A stretch of DNA of 64,000 bases, from positions 19,282,001-19,346,000 of the forward strand of contig NC_043014.1 of NCBI RefSeq assembly GCF_006345805.1, given 5' to 3'. Under the pieces are notes generated by a model. It was given only the letters and a program-made list of their open reading frames with translations, searched no databases and was not told where the DNA came from. The DNA comes from Octopus sinensis. Its lineage: Eukaryota. This document shows, piece by piece, positions 13,802 through 25,187 of this stretch; the stretch's first letter is position 1; each line of letters opens with the position of its first letter. The position numbers and the translations under genes are program-made.

Positions 13802-14860
13802 TATATATATATATACATATATATATATACAATCTGAATACGTGTCGTCAAAAATGACGGCTGATTGTAGTATCTTATATATAAATAAGATACAAATTAA
13901 GGTACATAATCACATATACAAATTTTCACATACTTCCCTTGTACACGCACACACATACACCCATATACTTACACAGCGTTGAATCGCTGAATTTTTTCAC
14001 CCCCTCCTTTCTCTCATTGCTATTACGTTCTTTCACTCTCTCTCAGTCAGGGTTATTGCTCTCTCTACTCCTTAACTAAACTACTATTTTCTCTCCTCCT
14101 CCGCGTCCGGCGTAATTCTGGACACACACACACAAAGGCACACGCATGCACACACACACACATGCATGCATATGAGTGCTATTTCGGACAAGTTGAAAGG
14201 TATTCAATGCATAATGTAGAATTTTTACATTTTATTTGAAAGTGAATTCTCCTGAATTGCATCACGGAGTTTGAGTTAACCAATTTCAGAAACAAAATTA
14301 AGGAAGTAACTTCCACAGTATAAAATAACTGTAAAGTCATCGAAATGTAATTAATTTCGGAAATCAGATGGAATGCCGCAAAAAATACAACAAATACTTG
14401 ACGTATTCATCTACTCAGACATCTTCAAGTGCATAACACCTGGTACTTCGTGTATTCATTATCATAGGTATAATACACCCGAAAGCAAAAAAGGTTGCTA
14501 TTGTTAATGAAATCTTAGCGCTAGTGAAGTTTAGAATGTCTTTGCCATAATTTAACTACTTGCTTTGTTTTCTTGTTTTACTTACATCTGGAATGATCAA
14601 AATACTTGTTAATTGGTCACATTCGTTCCTTCAATGACCCGAATTTGGAAGATAACAACTGAAATGCATGTTTATTGAATCAAATACACACATAACTACA
14701 TCAAACTACGTGATTCTATAATTAAATTTAGATCAAGAGAAAATATTCAAAATGTATAATATTACGTATATTTATTGTACAGAATAAGATAAATATGCTA
14801 TATATTTCTATGGAAACATAAATCTATATTCACACACAAACACACACACACACACACACA

Positions 14861-14894
<34 letters not shown>

Positions 14895-14923
14895 GTATGT
14901 TAGTATATATATGCATATATATT

Positions 14924-14969
<46 letters not shown>

Positions 14970-14972
<3 letters not shown>

Positions 14973-16230
14973 GAATTGGACAAAATAATGGAAACACCTA
15001 GCATCATAGCTTAATAATTTTGAAATATCTATAAAACCGTAAAAGCTTGTTTATTTTTGTGTTTTTTAATTTATTATTAGTGTTGCTTGATATGTTTTTT
15101 CTAAAATTGCTGTTTCTTTTCAGATATCATCAGAAAAGGGTAATTAAAATTCATTAAAATGATAGATCTATCGGACTTTCAAAGATATCAAATTGTTGGT
15201 GCTCATATGGCAGGCGCCAGCGTAATGAAAGCAGCCGAAATGCTTGGTGTATCAAAAAGTACTGTCTCGAAAGTAATGACAACGTTTGAGAAAGAGGGAA
15301 AAACCTCCTCGCCGAAACAAAACTCCGGAAGAAAACCAAAACTTTCAGATAGGGACCGTTGGACTCTTAAGCGAATTGTTAGAAAGGGTCACAAAAGTAC
15401 AATTCCTAAAATTACTGCAGAGCTTAATATCCTCCCCGAAAATCCAGTTCCCACAAAAGCTGTTCGCCGGGAACTGCACAAAGCGGGATTTCACGAGAAG
15501 GCTGCATTCAGAAAACCACTAATTTCAGAATCAAACGTTGTAAAGCGTTAAAGTGGAGTAAAAACCTACAGAATTGGCCACTAGAGCACTGGAAGAATGT
15601 TATTTTCTCGGACGAGTCAACTTTTACTTTATTTCCGATCACCGGCTGAGTATACGTGTGTAGAGAGCCAAAAGAAGCGTTCGACTCAGACTGCCTTCTT
15701 CCAAATGTTAAACGTGGAGGTGGGTCTGCGATGATTGTCGGGTGGGGGTGGGGGGCTATATCTTGGAAATTCGCTGGTCCAATGTTTCCCTTCATGGCAG
15801 AATTGATAGTCAACACTATTTAAGCATTTTATCTGATCAAATTCATCCTATGATTGGAGAACTGTTTCCGGAGGGAAACGCAATATTTCGGGATGATAAT
15901 GCACCAATTCACACAGCTAAAGTTGTTACTCAATGACATGAAGAACATTCTAGTGAAGTTGAACGACATATCTGGCCACCGCAGTCCCCAGATCTAAATA
16001 TTATTGAACATTTCTAGTGCATTTTAGAAAAAACAATTAATGACTACAAGAACTGGAGACTGTTTTACTTGAAGAATGGACAACAATTCCTTTGGAAACA
16101 ATTAAAACTTTGTACGAATCTTTATCTCATAGAATTGGAACTGTAATTACTGCAAAATGCGGTCCTACCCTATATTAAAATAAATTTGTTTCAAATTTTA
16201 AGGTGTTACCATTATTTTGTCCAACCCATG
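14970..16230 (+). mobile_element. Tc1-family DNA transposon with TIRs; transposase pseudogene
   Basis: TIRs ttggacaaaataatggaaacacct / aggtgttaccattattttgtccaa, flanked by TA. ORF 15159-15551 has HTH and GRKPK, then after stops FSDES, FRDDNAPIH, WPPQSPDLNIIE (DD34E-type). Confidence 0.93.
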
Positions 16231-18494
16231 TATATATGGTGGTGGTTGTCTACTCCTTATGCAGAGTTTGACAACCTCCTGTATCTACATCTTAGAAGAA
16301 TCATGTCATATGATGTGGCTTTTTAATCCAGACAACGTTCTGAAAATTCACCCAGATAGATTGCATATCGGATTTGGACCACCAAGAGGTGCAGATAAGT
16401 TCTGCTATTTGTAAATCTTAAAATGTCTTTTGAGGCCTCCATTAGATTTGCAAACCTTGTGGGATACATTGCATTGAGAGGTGTGCACAGACATATAGGC
16501 AGAATAGATGGTGGAGGTTCGCTTTCCATGGGTTCGTAAATGAGATTTGAGCCCAGCAAAAGAAAGTCATGGTCTGTCACAAACTGTGCACACAAAAAGA
16601 TCATTGTGTTTCACCTTCTCGATCGTAACATTCTTCCTTGAATCTCTTTTAAGTCTTGCATGCGTTATCCTGGCCTCTTCAAACGCTTTCACTCCACTCC
16701 ACACTTTTGTTCGCCATATAGCTCGACCGAAGCACGGGTGTCTATATGACTCATTAGTAGTCCTTATGCCGACCTTAAAACTAATTTTAGGTTTACGCCG
16801 ATAGCGTTTCTCGTCAGCAAGCTTACCATAAAACAGCTGTTTGGTCGTGCGTTTCGACATTCGAACAATATGGCCACACCATCTCATTTGGTTTCTCAAA
16901 ATCATAGCTTTAATTGAGGCGATACCTGCAGATGCTATGACAATGAATTCCATTTAATGTTTAAAATGCGATGAAGGAAATTTTGGTGGAATCGTTCTAA
17001 CAATTTAAAATGGCTTTCATAGCATGTCCATGTTTCACAAGAATACAACAAGGAGAGTAAGACAAAAGAGCCAATTTTGTATTGTTATTTATATGTCGCT
17101 GACGCCAAACGTGTAACTCCAAACCACTAAATACTTTTGCTGCATTTTGAATTCGCAGATGTATTTCTGTATCCAGATTTCCATCATTTTTACAAAGCTT
17201 CCAAGCTGTGTGAATGAATCGACAACCTCAAGTAACATATCCTTAACAAAAATTTTAGGTGGGTTGCAAACAGGACCATATGCCGGTTGATACATTACAA
17301 CCGTTTTTTTTTTCAAGTTGATGTTTAAGCCCATATCATCATAAGGTGAGTCACATACAGATACAAGAGATTGTAGACCTGTTTCAGAATGACTAACTAG
17401 ATCGCAATCGTCAGAGTATAAGAGTTCCATAATGAGTGAAGTAAAAACTTCGTCATGAATTTCAGTCTGGTCAGATTAAAAACATTCCCTGTTGTTTGAT
17501 ATTTTATGTAAATACTCTCCTTATAATTTTGAAAATCGTGTGATAACACAACAGGAAAGTATATTGCAAAGAGGGTGGGTGCATCAAGGTTTCCTTGCTT
17601 TATTCCATTTTCCACGGCGAAAGATTCAGAGATCAGCGTACCAACAAAATTAACTCTAGCATTCATATCTTGATTCAAAGTCTTAATCATGTTTACAAAT
17701 TTTTCTGGGCAACTTATTTTTCTTAGAATTAGCTACAGAGCATTTCGATTAATGTAGCGATTGCTTTGTTGATTTCAACAAAACAAAGGTACAGGGTAAG
17801 ATTCTGTTTAAAGCACTTTTCTTAAAACTGTCTAATAGTAGAAATACAATCAGCCGTATTTCTAGAGGTGCAAATAACACACTGAGACTCAGACACTATA
17901 TTTGGAAAATGTGGGCATGTACCTTTCCAAGTAATGACAAATGCAAAATTACCACACAGATCCTTTGGCCCCAATTTATACTAGGAGACTAAAATGGTGT
18001 TAATCCAGTCTTTAGGCATTTTCTCAGTTCTCCAACAGTGACAATTTAATATACTCAAGAGTTCGAACATTTTGTCACCCATCCACATATTTCAAGACTT
18101 CTGTACAGATTCCATCAGGCCCTGGAGACGTATTGTTGTTCAGCTTATTCGTAGCTAAATAAATGTCATTTAGAGTTCATTCGAATGCTATCTCATCTAT
18201 AATTGGAAGATACATTATTTACATGTGACGGATATTTGTCCTCATCTTGTTTGTTGTTAACACAAAGTTTCAGCTGATATACCCTCCAGTCTTCATCAGG
18301 TGTCTTGGGGAAATTTCGAACCTGGGTTTTCATTCCTAAGGTATTTTTCGATGTTATTTTTATTATTAACATTATTAAGGTCACTGCTCGGAATCGAGCT
18401 ATTAAATCTTGGGTTTAGTAGTCCGCGCTCTTAACCACTATGCCATATGTCTGTGGGCAATTAGAGTGAATTTTAGGGCTTATAAATCTAATAT

Positions 18495-18957
18495 TTACCT
18501 ATCCTTCCTTAATACCGGTTCCAATATGCTGTTCATATCTGCACTCGGTCTGCTTAGGAGGTTGTTGTGTCCTAGCGTATGTGCTGCTTCTTTTATTTTC
18601 GTATTTTCCAGTGGTCTTCTCTGTCTATTATTTTAACTTCATCCCACAGGGGGAGGTGGTCTCCCTTTTTCTATGCATGGTTAGCTAAACCCGATTTTTC
18701 AATATCTCCTCGTGTCACAGTTTTGCGATTTTGGTCTATCCTCATTTTGAGGGGCGCCTTGTTTCGCCTTTGTATAACCTACCACAGCTGCATGGGATGG
18801 AGTACACACAGTCTTTAGTCATATTCTCTTCTATTGGTGGTTTTACTCGAAGGCGATGTTTGCGAAGTGTTGTATTGCTCTTGAATATTGTCCTGATGTC
18901 ATATGGGCCGCATATCTTTTGCATCTTTTCGGAGAGGCCTTTCACATAGGGTAAACA
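18495..18957 (-). pseudogene. PLE GIY-YIG endonuclease C-terminal remnant
   Basis: LPYVKGLSEK...CVYSIPCSCGRLYKGET...(frameshift)...KSGLANHA*...WDEVKIIDRE...(frameshift)...KEAAH...LLSRPS...RKDR stop. VVYxIPCxCGxxYxGET is the typical Penelope-type GIY-YIG pattern. Confidence 0.9.
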
Positions 18958-18997
18958 CTACCTTAGGAATGAGAACCAAGGTTCAAAATTTCCACAA

Positions 18998-19043
18998 GAC
19001 ACCTGATGAAGGCTGGAGGGTATATCAGCCGAAACGTTGTGTT
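18998..19043 (+). ncRNA. Minimal type I hammerhead ribozyme (family D), intact
   Basis: gacac-CTGATGA-a-ggctg-gagggtatat-cagcc-GAAA-CG-TT-gtgtt. Stem I gacac/gtgtt, stem II ggctg/cagcc, palindromic stem III ACGT, GUU cleavage triplet. Confidence 0.8.
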
Positions 19044-19599
19044 AACAACAAACAAGATGAGGACATTATCCGTCAAATGTAATTAATGTACATAATTCCT
19101 CATCTCTTAAATATAGAACTGTATAACTGGAAGGTGTTCGATTTTTCTGTCATCCTCATATCAGCGGATGATGGTCTATTCAAAAGTGCAGAAAAATGTT
19201 CCACCCAGCGCATATGTATAGAAGCGGTGTCAGTCAGATGCAAATGCCCATTTGCTGTTCTCACTGGATCTACAGATGATTTTGGCCCATACACCTCTTT
19301 AACATACGAGTACAAACCCTTAGCATCATTTCTATCAGCTGTTTCTCAATCCCCTTTTGCTCTATCACTTCACAACTCCTGGTTAATATTCCTTAGAGCA
19401 GCCTGCATTTCCCTTTCAGTCTTTTGTAAGCTTTGTTTGATTTGGGGTTCAAGGACTTAGAAACAAAAGTATTTCCTAAGTTTTGTTTTTCTAAAAATAC
19501 ATAATGAATTTCTGCTGATCTATCACTGGACTTAGTGATTGAAATCCGACGGTGAACTTGCAACCTGAAATACTTTTGTTTTGGACTCTTCTCACAGAA

Positions 19600-19801
19600 T
19601 ACAATTCTATATTTAAGAGATGAGGAATTATGTACATTACATTATTTACATTTGATGCATATTTTTCCTCATCTTGTTTCTTTTTAACACAATGTTTCGG
19701 CTGACATACCCTCCATCCTTCATCAGGAGTCTTGGGAAAATTTGGGGTTCTCATTCCTAAGGTATTTTTCGATTTTATTATAAATATTATTATTATTATT
19801 A

Positions 19802-19848
<47 letters not shown>

Positions 19849-19952
19849 TCACTGCTTGGAATCGTACTCTGAATCTTGGGGTTAGTAGCCTGCTCTTTTA
19901 ACCACTACGCCATATGAGGAAAATATCCGTCAACTGTAAATAATGTAAATAA
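19600..19952 (-). mobile_element. Solo PLE 3' repeat (tRNA-like head + (AAT)n + degenerate hammerhead) with short inverted tag
   Basis: Head 19847-19916, hammerhead remnant 19686-19730, inverted piece 19914-19952. Possible TSD cttctcacagaa / cttcccatagaa; RTE sequence resumes on both sides. Confidence 0.82.
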
Positions 19953-21269
19953 CTTCCCATAGAACGTTTGGGTCAATATTGATACATTCTACAGTATCGT
20001 GCAATATTTGCAAGTTGCTTGATAGTTTAAAGTTTCCAGCATTGAACCTTTTAGGTACCTTAGGACCAGACTCTCGATGATTAGGCATTATTGAAAATTT
20101 TCTTTTTCCACGCACAAGACGATGGTCAGTTCGAATCTCTGCTCCTCTCATGGCCCTAACGCTAGAAACATCTTTCATATCACGTCCCCTGATCAAAATA
20201 TAATCTATGAGATGCCAGTGCTTAGATCTTGGGTGCATCCAAGTGGCTTTATATTTATTGTTCTGTTTAAACAGTGAGTTGGTAACAACCAGATTATTCT
20301 CAGTACAAAGCGTCAAAAGTGCTACTCCATTTTTATTACATTTTCCAACCCCATTTCGGCCTAAAACAGGCCATGAAACGTGGTACCTTCCGAATTCTTG
20401 CGTTGAAATATCCCAATATGACCGGCTTGTCAGAAATTGTCACTTTCCTCGATAATAGTGCAAGATCATCATAAAAGTGTTCTACAGTTTCATCAGAATG
20501 GGACATTGCTGGTGCATAAATACTGACAACAGTAAGAAACTTACGTATCGTCAGTTTTATACGCCATGACATGTTTCGTTCAGATATACCACTTGGAAAT
20601 TCTGCAATAGAGTATAGTAATGAATTCTTGAAAGCAAACCTAACCTAAGATTCTGTACATTAACCCTCAGGTGGTCCTCCCCAAAACATAGTATATCCAT
20701 AAGTAGATTCATTTATATGACCCTCACCAGAGAGAAAATTTTCAGAGAGCGTACCTATATCAAGGGAATATTTCTTAAGCTCACATGCAATAAGGACAGT
20801 ACGCCTTTCTGACCTGTTGTTGAAATTATCACCAAGAAGTGTGCGCATGTTTCAACAACAAAAATTGAAAGTATGCTTATTTTTACTTTTTCTTGAAGAT
20901 TGTTTAAACACAGTGGCAGGATATCAACCAGGCCCAGCCTGTGATACACTGGGTGACACCTGCCGAGCCAGACCTGCTCCCCTGACGTTTCCAAGCCATT
21001 TTTATGAGTACAAGTGTGTGTGTATTTGTATATATTTTATAAGTATTTTTATAAGTTTTAATCTTTATATATCTTTTTAAATATTTACAAATCTTTTATA
21101 TATTTATATATATTTATATGTTTGTATTTTCCTATATGTATATATATAGTTCTGCTCGAAACGCTAAATCCTCCTTCTTTCTTTCCTTTCCTGAGCGTCC
21201 AATAACACTATACTTGTTCCACGTCCTAGCGTTGTTGTTTTCTCTTTGTTCATATTTGGGTTAACTATA

Positions 21270-21331
21270 TTTATATATATATATATATATACACATATAT
21301 ATGCATATACACATACATATATATTTATACG

Positions 21332-21379
<48 letters not shown>

Positions 21380-21504
21380 CATATATATATACATATACAT
21401 ATATATATATATAGATATGTATACTTCCCTATGTATATATATATATACATATGTATACATATATACATATATATATATATATGTATACATATGTATGTAT
21501 ATAT

Positions 21505-21593
<89 letters not shown>

Positions 21594-21604
21594 GTATATA
21601 TATA
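21270..21604. repeat. (TA)n-rich microsatellite block
   Basis: Direct reading. Confidence 0.95.
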
Positions 21605-21648
21605 CTGTTGCGTCTGGGGAGAGATATTTTCTTTTGCCGCCTTATAAT

Positions 21649-22782
21649 TTAACACACTCACCGAAATTTCCACTTATTGCTTATTTTTATTTTCTCCAAA
21701 TTATCGTTGCGTCTTGCAACCTTTTCAATAGTCTTGACTCTCTCCGTTATTTACACTTCGTTCCTTTTTGTTTGTTTGTGCGCATGTGTGTGGGTGAGTG
21801 TGTGTGCTTATACCTGTGCATGCATGCATGTACGTATGTATGTGTGTGGGTATGTATGTGTGCATGTGTGTATGTATATATGTCTGTGTATGCATATGCA
21901 TATATATATGTATTCTGCATATTCATGTGCTTGCATGTCTGTGTTTGTGTATTTTCTATGTATCTGTGTGTGTGAGCGTGTGTTTGTTTATGTATGCACC
22001 TCTGTCTTCTTGTGTGTGCATCTGTGTGTGTGTGTGTTTTGCAACTCTGTACCATGTTTGTATGTATGGATGTGTGGACACGTGTCTCCATATGTGTCCT
22101 TGTGTGGAGTAAAGTGTGTGTGTGTATATACGGTCATGTGTTTCCGTCTCCATTTGCGTATACGTGCTTGTCTGTTCTTATAACCTATGTACCTATCCGT
22201 CTTTATGTTGATCAGTTTATTTTCATATCCATATGCTTACACAAAAAGACGCGCATACACACACACTCAAACCTACACTGACACATACATACATCTATCT
22301 ACATAACAGTCCACTCACTATTCTACTCTACCTGTGTAAACTGTGGGTATGGATGTATGATATCTACACACTTACACAGACATGCACACACAAGGAGACA
22401 GAGATGCATATATATACAAAGACACGCTCACACACACATATATAGGAAATGCACAAACACGGACATGCAAGCATATGAATATGCAGAATACATGCATACA
22501 GACGCACACACATACATACTCATATACATATGCATACACACACATATACATACACACACATGCATGCATACCTACATACATACACACATAGATACATACG
22601 TACATGCATGCATGCATAGGCACACACACACTGACTCACACACATGCGCATAAAAGACCAAAAAGGAACTCAGTGTAATAACGGAGAGAGTCAAGACTAC
22701 TGAAAAGGTTGCAAGACGCAACGAAAATTTTAGGAAAATAAAAATAAGAAATAAGTGGAAATTTTACCGGTGAGTGTGTTAA
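21649..22782. repeat. Long imperfect inverted repeat (arms about 21649-22035 and 22365-22782)
   Basis: ttaacacactcaccg.aatttccacttatt...ttgcgtcttgcaaccttttca.tagtcttgactctctccgttatt occurs on the left and as its reverse complement on the right. Confidence 0.88.
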
Positions 22783-22856
22783 CTTTAAAAAAAAACCGGA
22801 ATATGCTTCAACACACGAACTCCTATAAAGAATCTTGTAAACCAAATCCCAAAACG

Positions 22857-22892
<36 letters not shown>

Positions 22893-23137
22893 ATTTTTTG
22901 CGTAATGAGATAAAAAACCAAGGCTGTCTAGATAAATGTTCTAATATCTACACAGCCTTGGTTTTTTATCCCCAAAATATTCTTTATCGCAAAAAAGTTT
23001 ATATACACACGCTGACATAGAACCAAAGTTGAACCCCTTATTCGCAAAATTACCCAACCTGGAACTTAACTATGGTCTGCCTATAGCACTTATTCAGCAT
23101 TACCTGACACCTTTAGGTTTCAATGATACCATTACCT

Positions 23138-23173
<36 letters not shown>

Positions 23174-23204
23174 AATATTTAAATGGATGATTGAATTATT
23201 TACT

Positions 23205-23258
<54 letters not shown>

Positions 23259-24390
23259 TGTGTGTGTTTATATATGTAGGTATGTATGTATGTATGTATG
23301 TATGTACGTATGTATGCATATATGAATGTATAATTATTTATAGAATTATTCATAGAATTCATCTGAATCGATGTATATTGATATTAATGATTTTAAGTTA
23401 GGATCGTGATAAGCATATCCACGTATATAGCGTATACATAGACTTCCGCATATATCCATGCAGATACGGACCTGTCTCAAACACTTATAAATACATGTAG
23501 GTGTACACACTGGTATACACGTACGTATAAGTTTACATATCTATGAAATTATATACGCATGCACGCCGGCATACATTTTTATGATCCAGTGTGAGTTTCA
23601 GATTCAATATAGTGAAGGTTCCCAGTGAGGTACTTACATTAAAAAAACAGAAATATTACAAATAGGCTAGGGTGTACTACAGCTGTTTTTTTTATTGATG
23701 AATAAACGCATTACATCGTGAAAAAATCGTGTACTTCACTTCAGGTGAATTTAAAAATTTTAATTAATTAACTTTTTTTTTGAAAGATACCAAGATATTA
23801 AATATCCTTTTTATTTGTTTCGAAAATGAGAAGCACCACACTCATTCCTCATCTTGTTATTCTATCTGAATCTAATGTTAAACTTTTGATTATTAATTCA
23901 CTGGCAGAAAACTTTTTTATTATCATTATGTAGTCGGTTTATTCAACAATAAAAAACGCATTTGGAACCCTTTTCGTCATTCCTTCCTATATGTTAGATA
24001 ACTTAGATAAGTTTAGCAGTTTTTAGGACAAATCATGTGTAACAAAAACACCACCATGCCCATTTTTATTTGCATGGATAAACTATCTGGTGATAACTAT
24101 GCAGCGTATAATGTACTTGTTTACAATATTAAAGTAAGACAACAAACATGAATATTTTAGATCATTAAATGAATAATTAAGCAAAAATGAAATTGAATAT
24201 ATATACAGTTGCTTGGAAGCAAATGCACGAGGGGTGAAGAATATTTAACTCAAGATACTAATTACAATATAGTTTATGAGAGTTAAAGCATCAGTTCGTC
24301 TGAGTATAACATGAATACAAATACAGTATATACGCACAAGCACACACACACACACATATAATTATGTCTGTCTGTCTGCCTGTCTGTCTA

Positions 24391-24427
<37 letters not shown>

Positions 24428-25187
24428 ATGTATGTATGTACGTATATATGAACAATGTTTGCTTGCACATGTGTGCGTGTGTATCATTATGTGTTTTCTC
24501 CGACTTTTAACAATACATTCATTAATGCAAGTTGTTTTATGTATATAATATTGTTTGCATTACGTACATCTCACACGCGTGCTCGCATATATGTATATAA
24601 AGTATTAAAAAATATATATTTTTGAAATTTTTGATTTTGGTGTAGCACCTGAAATACACTTAAAAATATGATAGTGAATTTACGATATAATCCAGAAGAA
24701 TATTGATTTCACAGTGCGGGGGAATAAAAAACACATTTATGGAAAAAGTTAGTAGATGGTGGTTTGGTTCGATGCATCTTGCCCTGGTGTCAGGTTGGCC
24801 TGACTCATAGATACAGCAGAACCAATAATACTTGTATGATTTGATTTTTATACCAATGGATACAATAATTTCAATGCCAGAAATATTTTAGGAGAGACTC
24901 AATGTCTCCGTCAAATTTATAATCGTCCTTGGTTAAACGACATCACCCTCAAATTTTCAATTGCATGACGATTAGTAATTATATCGTCATATATGATGTT
25001 CAATTCTTCTGGAGTTATTTGGTTTTAAATTCAATGCATGTCTCTTTACAATGTTGTTTATATCAGAAGCATTCCATATTTCTGTTATATTATTTTGACC
25101 AGTCCCAAACATTCCTAGATGTGTCTGCGATAGTTTCTTGTACTAATCCACAATCATGAATATATTGTATAAATGACGATGCTTTCT

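Larger units (their letters stand above)
18210..19121 (-). mobile_element. Penelope-like element (PLE) fragment with inverted pLTR segment, inserted in the RTE
   Basis: GIY-YIG remnant 18495-18957, 3' repeat 18210-18490, inverted copy of the repeat 18958-19121. Flanked by tataattggaag (18198-18209) / tataactggaag (19122-19133); RTE coding sequence is continuous across the insertion. Confidence 0.9.
16500..21000 (-). mobile_element. RTE-clade LINE, near full length, decayed and interrupted by two insertions
   Basis: Ordered fragments: APE N-terminus (RTLLGD...RSERRTVLIACEL), VVSIYAP, HPRSKHWHLIDYILIR, RWVEHFSALLNRP, SPGPDGI, GIKQG, LYSDD (YADD-like), MRWCGHIVRM...QLFYG, C-terminal CTVC zinc-finger-like motif. 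Confidence 0.92.

Noticed and set aside
15110-15140. Reverse-strand CTGATGA-tatct-GAAA inside the Tc1 element
   Set aside because: Only 5 nt between the boxes, so no stem II can form; chance match.
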